IMG/VR virus record: IMGVR_UViG_2870484749_000003 | Coordinates: 1-45,880 of that record | From: a virus | Taxonomy: Duplodnaviria > Heunggongvirae > Uroviricota > Caudoviricetes | Reading direction: 5' to 3' (one strand) | Length of the DNA stretch: 45,880 nt | Shown: piece after piece, positions 16,644-26,730 of the stretch | Layout of the letters: each line of letters starts with the position of its first letter | How positions within the stretch are numbered: the stretch's first letter is position 1 | The notes under the pieces: model-generated | The model's input: only the letters and a program-made list of their open reading frames with translations | Database searches by the model: none | What the model was told of the DNA's origin: nothing | Made by a program: the position numbers and the translations under genes

Positions 16644-17696
16644 ATGAAAAATACTGTAAAAATAAACAGTGTTGATTTAATCAACGCTGATTGCCTGCAT
16701 TTTATTCAGTCCCTGCCTGATGATTCCATTGACCTGATTGTTACCGATCCGCCTTACTTCAAGGTGAAACCCAACGGTTGGGACAATCAGTGGAAAGGGG
16801 ACGAAGATTACCTTAAGTGGCTGGACCACTGTCTGGCCCAGTTCTGGCGGGTGTTGAAACCTGCCGGAAGCCTTTACCTGTTCTGTGGGCATCGCCTGGC
16901 ATCTGATATTGAGATCATGATGCGTGAACGTTTCAACGTGCTTAACCATATCATCTGGGCGAAGCCGTCCGGACGTTGGAATGGGTGTAATAAAGAAAGT
17001 CTGCGCGCATATTTTCCTGCCACAGAGCGCGTTCTGTTTGCTGAACATTACCAGGGGCCATATCGCGGCAAAAGTGACGGCTATGCGGCAAAAGAAAGGG
17101 AACTCAAACAGCACATAATGGCACCGCTGATATCGTATTTCAGGGATGCTCGTGCCGAACTGGGTATAACGGCAAAACAAATTGCCGAAGCCACAGGTAA
17201 GAAAAATATGGTTTCCCACTGGTTTGGTGCCAGTCAGTGGCAGTTGCCGAATGAGGCTGACTATCGGAAGTTACAGGCACTGTTTTCCCGTATAGCGGCA
17301 GAGAAGTTTCAGGAACAACAACTGGAACAACCACACCACCAGCTGGTGGCATCTTATGATTCACTGAATCGCAAATATTCTGAATTGCTGGATGAGTTTA
17401 AATCTCTCCGGCGCTATTTCTCCGTATCAGTCTCCGTGCCTTATACCGATGTCTGGATGCATAAACCCGTTCAGTTCTACCCGGGTAAACATCCGTGTGA
17501 GAAACCGGCGGATATGCTCAGGCAAATAATCAATGCCAGTAGTCGACCTGGTGATCTGGTTGCTGATTTTTTTATGGGATCCGGTTCCACAATAAAAGCA
17601 GCAATGGCGCTGGGGCGTCGGGCCTTAGGTGTTGAGCTTGAGTCAGAGCGGTTTAACCAGACAGTGAAAGAGATAAACGAGCTGGTGGGGAAATAA
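16644..17696 (+). CDS. DNA N6-adenine (or N4-cytosine) methyltransferase, beta-class
   Basis: DPPY catalytic motif near the N-terminus and FxGSGST SAM-binding motif near the C-terminus. Confidence 0.85.
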
Positions 17697-17702
17697 TCTG
17701 GT

Positions 17703-17728
17703 GGCCACGTCAGGTGGCCTTTTTATTT
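17703..17728 (+). terminator. rho-independent terminator before the lysis genes
   Basis: ggccac-gtcag-gtggcc hairpin then tttttattt. Confidence 0.55.
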
Positions 17729-17763
17729 CCATTACACAGCACCCGCATCTGCGAGGTGGGGTT

Positions 17764-17979
17764 ATGAAATCCATGGATAAGTTAACAACGGGTGTCGCCT
17801 ATGGCACCTCAGCAGGTAGTGCCGGGTACTGGTTTTTACAGTTGCTCGATAAAGTCACGCCCTCACAGTGGGCGGCAATAGGTGTGCTGGGTAGTCTGGT
17901 ATTTGGCCTGCTGACGTACCTGACAAACCTTTATTTCAAGATTAAAGAAGATAAGCGCAAGGCTGCGAGAGGTGAATAA
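17764..17979 (+). CDS. holin, phage-21 S21-like pinholin with dual-start motif
   Basis: [71 protein letters not shown] closely resembles S21 as recalled; Met1/Met4 dual start. Confidence 0.85.
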
Positions 17980-18476
17980 TGCCTCCATCATTACGAAAAG
18001 CAGTTGCTGCTGCTATTGGTGGCGGAGCAATTGCTATAGCATCAGTGTTAATCACTGGCCCAAGTGGTGACGATGGCCTGGAAGGTGTCAGCTACATACC
18101 ATACAAAGATATCGTTGGCGTATGGACTGTATGTCACGGACACACCGGAAAAGACATCATGCTCGGTAAAACGTATACCGAAGCAGAATGCAAAGCCCTC
18201 CTGAATAAAGACCTTGCCACGGTCGCCAGACAAATTAACCCGTACATCAAAGTCGATATACCGGAAACAACGCGCGGCGCTCTTTACTCGTTCGTCTACA
18301 ACGTGGGTGCTGGCAATTTCAGAACATCGACGCTTCTTCGCAAAATAAACCAGGGCGATATCAAAGGCGCATGTGACCAGCTACGTCGCTGGACATACGC
18401 TGGCGGTAAGCAATGGAAAGGCCTGATGACTCGTCGTGAGATTGAGCGTGAAGTCTGTTTGTGGGGGCAACAATGA
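17979..18476 (+). CDS. SAR endolysin (R21-like lysozyme)
   Basis: N-terminal signal-anchor-release segment [20 protein letters not shown]; start overlaps the holin stop. Confidence 0.85.
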   Translation: MPPSLRKAVAAAIGGGAIAIASVLITGPSGDDGLEGVSYIPYKDIVGVWTVCHGHTGKDIMLGKTYTEAECKALLNKDLATVARQINPYIKVDIPETTRGALYSFVYNVGAGNFRTSTLLRKINQGDIKGACDQLRRWTYAGGKQWKGLMTRREIEREVCLWGQQ

Positions 18477-18940
18477 GCAGAGTAACCGCGATTATCTCCG
18501 CTCTGGTTATCTGCATCATCGTCTGCCTGTCGTGGGCGGTCAATCATTACCGTGATAACGCCATCGCCTACAAAGAACAGCGAGATAAAAAAGTCAGTGA
18601 GCTGAAGCAGGCGACCGCCACCATTACTGACATGCAGCAGCGCCAGCGTTCTGCTGATGCACTCGATGCTAAATACACGAAGGAGTTAGCTGATGCGAAA
18701 GCTGAAAATGATGCTCTTCGGCGCAAGCTTGATAATGGTGGTCGGGTGTTCGTCAAAGGAAAATGCCCTGTGCCATCCTCAGCCGAAACCTCCAGCGCCT
18801 CCGGCATGGGCAATGATGCCACCGTCGAACTCTCTCCAGTTGCTGGACGAAACGTTCTCGGTATCCGGGACGGAATCATCAGCGACCAAACAGCACTGAG
18901 AACGCTTCAGGAATACATCAGGACGCAATGCCTTCGATGA
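18473..18940 (+). CDS. Rz-like i-spanin
   Basis: N-terminal TMD then coiled coil; ATG overlaps the endolysin stop; contains an embedded +1 frame lipoprotein gene. Confidence 0.75.
   Translation: MSRVTAIISALVICIIVCLSWAVNHYRDNAIAYKEQRDKKVSELKQATATITDMQQRQRSADALDAKYTKELADAKAENDALRRKLDNGGRVFVKGKCPVPSSAETSSASGMGNDATVELSPVAGRNVLGIRDGIISDQTALRTLQEYIRTQCLR
18693..18899 (+). CDS. Rz1-like o-spanin lipoprotein embedded in the Rz gene
   Basis: Signal peptide with lipobox (LIMVVGC), proline-rich mature region, entirely within Rz in the +1 frame. Confidence 0.7.
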   Translation: MRKLKMMLFGASLIMVVGCSSKENALCHPQPKPPAPPAWAMMPPSNSLQLLDETFSVSGTESSATKQH

Positions 18941-19569
18941 TAGCGATAATTTTACTTATCATCCTTCACATCTGGCTCTGTAGACAGGGTGGTGATCACT
19001 TCTGGAGTGAATCCAGATTAAACATCTCATTGCTGATGCTTGATATTGAGCATCTTGCGCGCGGTAAGGGGCTGCGTTGAGATAAGAGCCAGTCATTACA
19101 AATACCAGGATTTAGCCTCGTATTCGCGGGGCTTTTTATTGCCATTACAAAAGCCACTCCCTACAGAGTGGCTTTGATAATGGCTTATACCCTACACGGG
19201 ATAGCTTAACTGATATCCCTTTTAACGGATAAAGGTATTCAAGCCTGACACATCATGCGCTGTATCGTCGCCGTATTCCCGTATTAACAGAGACCGTAGC
19301 CCGACGGGGAACTCCTTCTGCGCGAGTGTGCGGGAATAATCAAAAACGATGCACACCGGGTTTTTACCGCGTTTATGGTTCGCGGGTTTGTCCCTCATGC
19401 TCGCCAGTCCTGTGCGGGGGTGGAAGAAACAGGACACTTACACAGATTCTTGTGGGCACGATGCTATGCCTTTCTGGATTATCCCGATGCCATTCATGCA
19501 AGGCGTTGTATCAGACGTTCGTCAGAGCTGTCAGGCTGACGGGTCCTCCCGGTGGGGTGGCCTGCCACG

Positions 19570-19581
19570 GGGCGGGAGCGT
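19570..19581. other. candidate cosN cohesive-end site
   Basis: GGGCGGGAGCGT followed by CGCGG resembles lambda cosN GGGCGGCGACCT CGCGG (from memory); lies ~185 bp upstream of the small terminase gene. Confidence 0.35.
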
Positions 19582-19755
19582 CGCGGAAAAAGGCTAGTTT
19601 TTGAAATTTCATTCGTCATCACCACCACTGTAATTGATTGATATTACAGTGATTTTATTTTTATGGTGTCGATTCTGATTGTTTTTTGTTCATCACTAAC
19701 ACCGTTTGCCTAAAGTTGTTCGCAAGATGCATGTTTAAAACATTCTGGAGCGGGT

Positions 19756-20250
19756 ATGGATCGAGAGTTAAAAAATCTGACGCTGAATATCAGTCAACTG
19801 GCGGCATTGTCAGGTGTACATCGCCAGACTGCTGCGGCAAGGCTGCAAAATCTACCCGTTGCAGGGGGGCATGAAAGCAACCTCAAGCTTTATCGGGTGG
19901 TTGATATTGTGTCGGCATTTCTGGCATTACCACCGCCGGTTGCAGAAGGCGAAATGGACGCGCATGAGCGCAAAGCCTGGTATCAGTCTGAACGTGAGCG
20001 TCTTAAGTTCGAACAGGAAACGGCACAACTCATTCCGGCCAGTGATGTCAGACGGGAGTTTGCCATCTGGGCAAAAGCGGTCGTGCAGGTGCTGGAGACA
20101 TTACCGGATATTCTTGAACGTGACTGCGGTCTGCAGCCTGCCGCTGTGAGCCGTGTTCAGTCCATTATTGATGATCTTCGCGATCAGATAGCCCTGCGGG
20201 TGACTGAAGCAGGTGCGGATGATGAGGAGGAATTACAGCAGGAGGAGTAA
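19756..20250 (+). CDS. terminase small subunit (Nu1-like)
   Basis: N-terminal HTH (LNISQLAALSGVHRQTAAARL), acidic C-terminus, stop overlaps the large terminase start. Confidence 0.7.
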   Translation: MDRELKNLTLNISQLAALSGVHRQTAAARLQNLPVAGGHESNLKLYRVVDIVSAFLALPPPVAEGEMDAHERKAWYQSERERLKFEQETAQLIPASDVRREFAIWAKAVVQVLETLPDILERDCGLQPAAVSRVQSIIDDLRDQIALRVTEAGADDEEELQQEE

Positions 20251-22352
20251 TGCTGAATCAGGAAACCGCAAAGGCAGCACGAACCGATTCAGGTTATATC
20301 CTTCGCGCACCGAGACGAATGCGGGTTGCTGATGCCGTTGCTCAGTATATGCGGGTGCCCATGGGGGCAGGGAACTCAGTCCCGTGGGATCCGCTGGTGG
20401 CACCGTATGTTATTGAGCCTATGAACTGCCTGGCCTCGCGTGAATACGACGCAGTGATATTTGTTGGCCCGGCACGAACCGGCAAGACTATCGGCCTGAT
20501 TGACGGCTGGGTGATTTACAACGTGATTTGCGATCCTGCTGATATGCTGATTATTCAGATGACGGAGGAAAAAGCCCGCGAACACTCCAAAAAACGACTC
20601 GCCAGAACGTTTCGCGTCAGCCCGGAAGTGGTCAGTCGCCTGAGTCCGAACAAAAATGACAACAACGTTTATGACAGAACATTCCTTGCTGGTAACTACC
20701 TGAAAATCGGCTGGCCGTCAGTCAATATCATGTCCTCATCAGATTATAAATGCGTCGCGCTGACGGATTATGATCGTTTTCCGGAAGATATTGATGGCGA
20801 GGGGGATGCTTTCTCTCTTGCCTCAAAACGTACCACAACATTTATGTCCAGTGGTATGACGCTGGTGGAGAGTTCCCCCGGCAGGGATGTGAAGGATGTG
20901 AAATGGCGACGGACTTCACCGCATGAGGCTCCACCAACCACGGGGATACTGTCGCTCTATAACCGTGGCGATCGCCGTCGCTGGTACTGGCCCTGTCCAC
21001 ACTGTGGTGAGTATTTTCAGCCCTGCGGCGATGTGGTTGCTGGTTTCCGTGATATTGCCGATCCCGTTCTGGCAAGTGAGGCGGCTTATATTCAGTGTCC
21101 TTCCTGTTCAGGACGGATTATGCCTGAACAAAAACGTGAGCTGAACGGACGTGGGGTCTGGTTGCGGGATGGTGAATCCATCAATGCGGATGGCAGTCGT
21201 TATGGTGATCCCCGACGCTCACGTATTGCGTCATTCTGGATGGAGGGGCCGGCAGCTGCTTACCAGACACTCTCGCAACTCGTTTACAAACTGCTTACTG
21301 CAGAACAGGAATACGAGACAACCGGAAGTGAAGAAACACTCAAGACGGTTATCAATACCGACTGGGGATTACCTTATCTTCCCCGCGCCAGCATGGAGCA
21401 ACGAAAAAGTGAACTGCTTGAGCAGCGGGCAGAGCCAGTTCCTTCCCGCAGTGTGCCGGATGGCGTTAATTTTCTTGTGGCGACAGTGGATGTGCAGGCG
21501 GGACGTCATCGCCGTTTTGTGGTTCAGGTAACGGGCTATGGCAGCCGTGGCGAACGCTGGATTATTGATCGTTACAACATCACGCAGTCATTGCGCGGTG
21601 ACTGCGACGGGGAGAGCCAGCGAATTGATCCGGCCAGCTACCCGGAAGACTGGGATGTCCTGCTGACGGATGTTTTTCATAAAAGCTGGCCGCTGGCCTC
21701 CGATCCTTCTCAACAAATGCGACTGATGGCAATGGCGGTGGACTCCGGCGGTGAAGACGGGGTCACTGATAATGCCTATAAATTCTGGCGTCGTTGCCGT
21801 CGTGATGGCCTTGGTAAACGTATTTACCTGTTTAAGGGTGACAGCATCCGGCGCGCAAAACTGATCAGCCGTACATTCCCTGATAACACCGGACGAACGG
21901 GCCGCCGGGCGCAGGCCGCAGGTGATGTGCCGCTCTGGCTTCTTCAGACGGATGCCCTGAAAGACCGGGTGAATAACGCGTTATGGCGTGACTCGCCAGG
22001 TCCCGGCTATGTGCATTTCCCTGACTGGCTGGGGAGCTGGTTTTACGACGAACTGACGTATGAAGAGCGGAGCAGTGACGGGAAATGGAGTAAGCCGGGT
22101 CGCGGTGCCAACGAAGCTTTTGACCTGATGGTGTATGCCGAGGCTCTGGTCATTCTGCATGGATACGAAAAGATCCGCTGGCCGGATGCACCGGAGTGGG
22201 CGAGCCGGGAAACCTGGCTGGAGTGTGTCCCGGACAGTACCGAACCGTCACCCTCACCGGAACCGGTATCCACGCCTGTTAAAAAACAAAAACGGAAGAA
22301 AACAGTAACTGACGATGTTAACCCCTGGCTGACTTCCGGAGGATGGTTATGA
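20250..22352 (+). CDS. terminase large subunit (GpA-like)
   Basis: 700 aa; Walker A-like GPARTGKT; size and position typical of gpA-family terminases. Confidence 0.9.
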   Translation: MLNQETAKAARTDSGYILRAPRRMRVADAVAQYMRVPMGAGNSVPWDPLVAPYVIEPMNCLASREYDAVIFVGPARTGKTIGLIDGWVIYNVICDPADMLIIQMTEEKAREHSKKRLARTFRVSPEVVSRLSPNKNDNNVYDRTFLAGNYLKIGWPSVNIMSSSDYKCVALTDYDRFPEDIDGEGDAFSLASKRTTTFMSSGMTLVESSPGRDVKDVKWRRTSPHEAPPTTGILSLYNRGDRRRWYWPCPHCGEYFQPCGDVVAGFRDIADPVLASEAAYIQCPSCSGRIMPEQKRELNGRGVWLRDGESINADGSRYGDPRRSRIASFWMEGPAAAYQTLSQLVYKLLTAEQEYETTGSEETLKTVINTDWGLPYLPRASMEQRKSELLEQRAEPVPSRSVPDGVNFLVATVDVQAGRHRRFVVQVTGYGSRGERWIIDRYNITQSLRGDCDGESQRIDPASYPEDWDVLLTDVFHKSWPLASDPSQQMRLMAMAVDSGGEDGVTDNAYKFWRRCRRDGLGKRIYLFKGDSIRRAKLISRTFPDNTGRTGRRAQAAGDVPLWLLQTDALKDRVNNALWRDSPGPGYVHFPDWLGSWFYDELTYEERSSDGKWSKPGRGANEAFDLMVYAEALVILHGYEKIRWPDAPEWASRETWLECVPDSTEPSPSPEPVSTPVKKQKRKKTVTDDVNPWLTSGGWL

Positions 22353-22561
22353 ACCAGAATGATATCGAAGCCATGATTCAGCGTTATACGGAAGCTGAAA
22401 TGGCGGTGCTGGACGGAAAATCCGTCACCTTTAATGGTCAGCAGATGACCATGGAAAACTTATCTGAGATCCGGCAGGGACGGCAGGAGTGGGAGCGCCG
22501 CCTTGCGGCTCTGATTACACGACGACGGGGGCATCCCGGGTACCGGCTGGCGAGGTTCTGA
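22343..22561 (+). CDS. head-tail joining protein (gpW-like)
   Basis: 72 aa between terminase and portal, stop overlapping the portal start. Confidence 0.6.
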   Translation: MVMNQNDIEAMIQRYTEAEMAVLDGKSVTFNGQQMTMENLSEIRQGRQEWERRLAALITRRRGHPGYRLARF

Positions 22562-24069
22562 TGGCAATTCTTGATGATGTGATTGGCGTTTTTTCACCAG
22601 GATGGAAAGCGGCAAGGCTGCGTTCCCGGGCGGTGATCCAGGCTTATGAGGCCGTAAAAACGACGCGGACACACAAAGCCCGGCGGGAAAACCGAACTGC
22701 CGACCAGTTAAGCCAGTACGGGGCCGTGTCGTTACGTGAGCAGGCCCGTTACCTTGATAACAACCACGATCTGGTCATTGGTGTATTTGACAAGCTGGAA
22801 GAACGGGTGGTGGGGAAAAACGGGATTATTGTCGAGCCACATCCGGTATTACGCAATGGGGCCATTGCCCGTGATCTGGCTGCGGAGATTCGCACCCGAT
22901 GGAGTGAATGGTCTGTCAGCCCGGAAGTCACCGGGCAGTTTACCCGTCCGATGCTGGAACGTCTGATGCTGCGTACCTGGCTGCGCGATGGTGAGGTGTT
23001 TGCCCAGATGGTTTCCGGGCGCATAAACAGCCTGACGCCTTCTGCCGGTGTTCATTTCTGGCTGGAGGCGCTCGAGCCGGACTTTATTCCCATGACCAGT
23101 GATGAGAGCAACAGGCTGAATCAGGGCGTGTTTGTTGATGACTGGGGGCGTCCCGAAAAATATCTGGTGTATAAAAGCCGTCCCGTATCCGGACGGCAGA
23201 TGGAAACCAAAGAAGTGGATGCAGAGCGAATGCTGCATCTTAAATTTGTTCGCCGTCTGCACCAGATGCGCGGGACGTCTTTATTGTCCGGTGTGCTGAT
23301 CCGCCTCAGTGCTCTGAAAGAGTATGAAGATTCTGAGCTGACTGCAGCAAGGATCGCCGCTGCTCTGGGGATGTACATCCGGAAAGGCGACGGGCAGAGC
23401 TATGAAGCGGATGGTAATGGCAGCAAGGATAAGGAACGCGAGCTTACCATTCAGCCAGGCATTATTTACGATGATCTGAAACCCGGCGAAGAAATCGGAA
23501 TGGTGAAGTCGGATCGCCCCAATCCTAACCTTGAAACTTTTCGTAATGGTCAGTTGCGTGCCGTGGCGGCGGGCAGTCGTCTGAGTTTTTCCAGTACAGC
23601 GCGCAACTATAACGGCACTTACAGCGCCCAGCGTCAGGAGCTGGTTGAATCCACTGATGGCTACCTGATCCTGCAGGACTGGTTTATTGGTGCCGTCACC
23701 CGTCCGATGTATCGTGCCTGGCTGAAACAGGCTGTGGCATCCGGTGTTATCAGGCTACCCCGCGATCTTGACCGTTCTTCACTGTATACCGCGGTGTATT
23801 CCGGACCGGTGATGCCGTGGATTGACCCTGTTAAGGAGGCTGAGGCCTGGAAAATCCAGATTCGTGGTGGAGCGGCGACAGAATCAGACTGGGTACGTGC
23901 TGGTGGTCGTAATCCGGATGATGTCAAACGTCGGCGCAAGGCCGAAATTGATGAAAACCGCAAACTGGATCTGGTATTTGATACCGATCCGGCCAGTGAT
24001 AAAGGAGGCAGCAGTGCCGCAACGAAACGACAGGAGCCGCAGCACACCGACGACCAGTCCGAAGAATAA
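22561..24069 (+). CDS. portal protein (lambda gpB family)
   Basis: About 500 aa after the W-like gene; start taken at the ATG overlapping the W stop. Confidence 0.85.
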   Translation: MAILDDVIGVFSPGWKAARLRSRAVIQAYEAVKTTRTHKARRENRTADQLSQYGAVSLREQARYLDNNHDLVIGVFDKLEERVVGKNGIIVEPHPVLRNGAIARDLAAEIRTRWSEWSVSPEVTGQFTRPMLERLMLRTWLRDGEVFAQMVSGRINSLTPSAGVHFWLEALEPDFIPMTSDESNRLNQGVFVDDWGRPEKYLVYKSRPVSGRQMETKEVDAERMLHLKFVRRLHQMRGTSLLSGVLIRLSALKEYEDSELTAARIAAALGMYIRKGDGQSYEADGNGSKDKERELTIQPGIIYDDLKPGEEIGMVKSDRPNPNLETFRNGQLRAVAAGSRLSFSSTARNYNGTYSAQRQELVESTDGYLILQDWFIGAVTRPMYRAWLKQAVASGVIRLPRDLDRSSLYTAVYSGPVMPWIDPVKEAEAWKIQIRGGAATESDWVRAGGRNPDDVKRRRKAEIDENRKLDLVFDTDPASDKGGSSAATKRQEPQHTDDQSEE

Positions 24070-24082
24070 TTCCTGGTTCAGG

Positions 24083-26041
24083 ATGCAGGCTGGTCACCAG
24101 AGTGACGCGGATATTTATATTTATGACGAGATTGGTTTCTGGGGTGTTACAGCGAAGCAGTTTATCAGTGATCTGAATGCACTGGGCGATATCACCCACA
24201 TTAATCTCCATATTAATTCACCGGGTGGCGATGTCTTTGAAGGCATCGCCATTTTTAATGCGCTGAAAACACATGGTGCGTCCATTACCGTTTATGTCGA
24301 CGGTGTGGCGGCGTCAATGGCGTCGGTCATTGCGATGGTGGGAAACCCGGTCATTATGCCGGAAAACACCTTCATGATGATTCATAAACCATTTGGCTTT
24401 ACGGGCGGTGATGCGGAGGACATGCGCACCTATGCCGACCTGCTCGATAAAGTTGAGGCGGTTCTGTTACCCGCTTATGCACAGAAAACCGGGAAAACCA
24501 CCGATGAAATTGCTGCCATGCTGGCGGATGAGACCTGGATGTCCGGTGCCGAATGTCTGGCACATGGATTTGCTGATCAGGTAACGCCAGCCGTTAAGGC
24601 AATGGCATGTATTCAGTCAAAACGTACAGAGGAATTTAAAAAGATGCCGGAATCCATTCGAAACATGATTACTCCGCCACGCAACAGTGCTCCACGCGTA
24701 CAGGATGATGAACCTGCAGCCTCCCGGACGCCAGTGCAGGCAGCAGCACCCGTGGTGGATGAAAACAGTATCCGTGCGCAGGTACTGGCAGAGCAAAAAG
24801 CGCGTGTAAACGGTATTAATGATCTGTTTGCCATGTTTGGCGGGCGTTATCAGACGCTGCAGGCCCAGTGTCTTGCCGATCCTGAATGTTCGCTGGAGCA
24901 GGCCCGCGAAAAGTTGTTGAACGAGATGGGGCGCGAGTCCACGCCATCCAATAAAAATACCCCGGCTCATATTTATGCCGGTAACGGTAATTTTGTGGGG
25001 GACGGGATCCGCCAGGCGCTGATGGCGCGTGCCGGATTTGAAAAAACCGAACGTGATAATGTCTACAACGGGATGACCCTGCGTGAATATGCCCGTATGT
25101 CACTGACTGAACGGGGTATTGGGGTTTCCGGTTATAACCCGATGCAGATGGTCGGTGCGGCGTTCACACACAGTACGTCTGACTTCGGTAATATTCTGCT
25201 GGATGTTGCGAACAAAGCCATTCTGCAGGGCTGGGAAGATGCCCCTGAAACCTATGAACAGTGGACGCGGAAAGGTCAGTTGTCTGATTTTAAAATTGCC
25301 CATCGTGTGGGTATGGGGGGCTTCAGTGCTCTGCGTCAGGTGCGTGAAGGGGCGGAATATAAATACGTCACCACCGGAGATAAACAGGCCACTATTGCAC
25401 TGGCGACCTATGGCGAGCTGTTCAGTATCACCCGTCAGGCCATTATCAATGATGATCTGAATATGCTGACCGATGTCCCGATGAAGCTGGGCCGTGCGGC
25501 GAAATCCACTATTGCCGATCTGGTTTATGCCATTCTGACGTCTAACCCGAAAATCTCCACAGATAATGTAAGTCTGTTCGATAAAGCGAAACATGCAAAC
25601 GTACTGGAGAGCGCTGCAATGGACGTGGCATCGCTGGATAAAGCCCGCCAGTTGATGCGCGTTCAGAAAGAGGGGGAGCGTCATCTGAATATTCGTCCTG
25701 CGTTCGTACTGGTACCGACGGCGATGGAGTCTGTTGCTAACCAGGTCATTCGCTCCTCAAGTGTCAAGGGGGCTGACATTAACGCCGGTATTATTAACCC
25801 GGTGAAAGATTTTGCGACCGTTATTGCAGAGCCTCGTCTTGATGATAACAGCCAGACCACCTTCTACCTGGCTGCGTCAAAAGGCTCCGATACGATTGAA
25901 GTGGCTTATCTCAACGGTGTGGATACGCCATATATTGATCAGATGGAGGGCTTCAGTGTGGATGGCGTGACAACGAAAGTGCGTATTGACGCCGGTGTCG
26001 CGCCAGTTGATCACCGCGGTCTGGTGAAATGTACGGCGTAA
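24083..26041 (+). CDS. head maturation protease (ClpP/S49-like) fused to an HK97-fold major capsid protein
   Basis: N-terminal ClpP-like region (INSPGGDVFEGIAIFNALKTH...VDGVAASMASVIAM) and C-terminal capsid-like region in one uninterrupted ORF; start taken at MQAGHQ just after the portal stop. Confidence 0.75.
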   Translation: MQAGHQSDADIYIYDEIGFWGVTAKQFISDLNALGDITHINLHINSPGGDVFEGIAIFNALKTHGASITVYVDGVAASMASVIAMVGNPVIMPENTFMMIHKPFGFTGGDAEDMRTYADLLDKVEAVLLPAYAQKTGKTTDEIAAMLADETWMSGAECLAHGFADQVTPAVKAMACIQSKRTEEFKKMPESIRNMITPPRNSAPRVQDDEPAASRTPVQAAAPVVDENSIRAQVLAEQKARVNGINDLFAMFGGRYQTLQAQCLADPECSLEQAREKLLNEMGRESTPSNKNTPAHIYAGNGNFVGDGIRQALMARAGFEKTERDNVYNGMTLREYARMSLTERGIGVSGYNPMQMVGAAFTHSTSDFGNILLDVANKAILQGWEDAPETYEQWTRKGQLSDFKIAHRVGMGGFSALRQVREGAEYKYVTTGDKQATIALATYGELFSITRQAIINDDLNMLTDVPMKLGRAAKSTIADLVYAILTSNPKISTDNVSLFDKAKHANVLESAAMDVASLDKARQLMRVQKEGERHLNIRPAFVLVPTAMESVANQVIRSSSVKGADINAGIINPVKDFATVIAEPRLDDNSQTTFYLAASKGSDTIEVAYLNGVDTPYIDQMEGFSVDGVTTKVRIDAGVAPVDHRGLVKCTA

Positions 26042-26065
26042 ACGTCGCAGACAACAACTCTGATG

Positions 26066-26085
26066 GCCCGTAAGGGCTTTTTTTG
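26066..26085 (+). terminator. weak rho-independent terminator after the capsid gene
   Basis: gccc-gtaa-gggc hairpin followed by ttttttt. Confidence 0.45.
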
Positions 26086-26127
26086 TACCTGAAATCAGCC
26101 CCTGAACGGGGCTGTGCGGAGACAGTT

Positions 26128-26451
26128 ATGGCAAAGAATTTTGTAGAAGAAGGAAAAACGGTGGCGATTGTTGCCAGTGCAGCCATCAGCAGCGGAGATC
26201 TGGTGCAGGTGGGTGATGTTTTTGCGGTGGCGCTGACCGATATTCCACAGGGTGAAACAGGCGACGGCATGACCGAAGGTGTGTTTATGCTGCCTAAGCT
26301 GAAAACGGATGACATGAAAACGGGTAAGAAGGTTTATCTGAAGTCCGGAAAAGTTCAGCTGACTAACAGCGGCTCTGATCCGCTGGTCGGGGTTGTCTGG
26401 GCAGATGCCGGAACCAGTGCAGAAGAAGTGCCGGTAAAACTCAATGTCTGA
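26128..26451 (+). CDS. head-associated protein (DUF2190-like, putative decoration/stabilisation protein)
   Basis: 107 aa from MAKNFVEEGKT with GGAG RBS; position after the capsid gene. Confidence 0.5.
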   Translation: MAKNFVEEGKTVAIVASAAISSGDLVQVGDVFAVALTDIPQGETGDGMTEGVFMLPKLKTDDMKTGKKVYLKSGKVQLTNSGSDPLVGVVWADAGTSAEEVPVKLNV

Positions 26452-26719
26452 TCCCTTTTCCCGGCTGGCAGCGCGTATGGATGCGATCACGGTCAGAAAG
26501 ATGGGAAAGACAGCCTCGATTAATGATGCCGATATGACTGTGATCCCGGGAGAAACACTGGCAGAGCTGAATGCTCTGTCCGGACCTGCGGTCTCTCTGG
26601 TGGTGTTTTCTTCGGGATACCGCCCACGGCGCGGGGATCGCGTTGTTTATGACGGACAACAATGGACGGTCACACGGCATGAACGTTTTAACGGTAAGCC
26701 AATGATCTTTATTGAGTAA
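26444..26719 (+). CDS. head-tail connector protein (FII-like)
   Basis: 91 aa, positioned between head and tail genes. Confidence 0.5.
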   Translation: MSDPFSRLAARMDAITVRKMGKTASINDADMTVIPGETLAELNALSGPAVSLVVFSSGYRPRRGDRVVYDGQQWTVTRHERFNGKPMIFIE

Positions 26720-26730
26720 AGAGGTGTGGG

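Noticed and set aside
13111-17763. Toxin or virulence cargo (stx-like) in the Q-to-lysis moron slot
   Set aside because: No AB5 toxin-like or other recognisable virulence ORFs; the slot holds methyltransferases and the DUF262/HEPN pair instead.
18937-19437. Small ORFs between Rz and the cos region (47 aa hydrophobic ORF at 18937-19080; 71 aa minus-strand ORF at 19222-19437)
   Set aside because: No convincing RBS or recognisable motifs; too uncertain to call as genes.
19627-19651. LexA box at the cactgtaat...attacagtg palindrome
   Set aside because: CTGT and ACAG are separated by 14 nt rather than 8; more likely a cos-region protein-binding site.
23822-24082. N-terminal 87 codons of the track ORF for the protease-capsid gene
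   Set aside because: Overlaps the portal gene 3' end in another frame; start moved to the first ATG after the portal stop.
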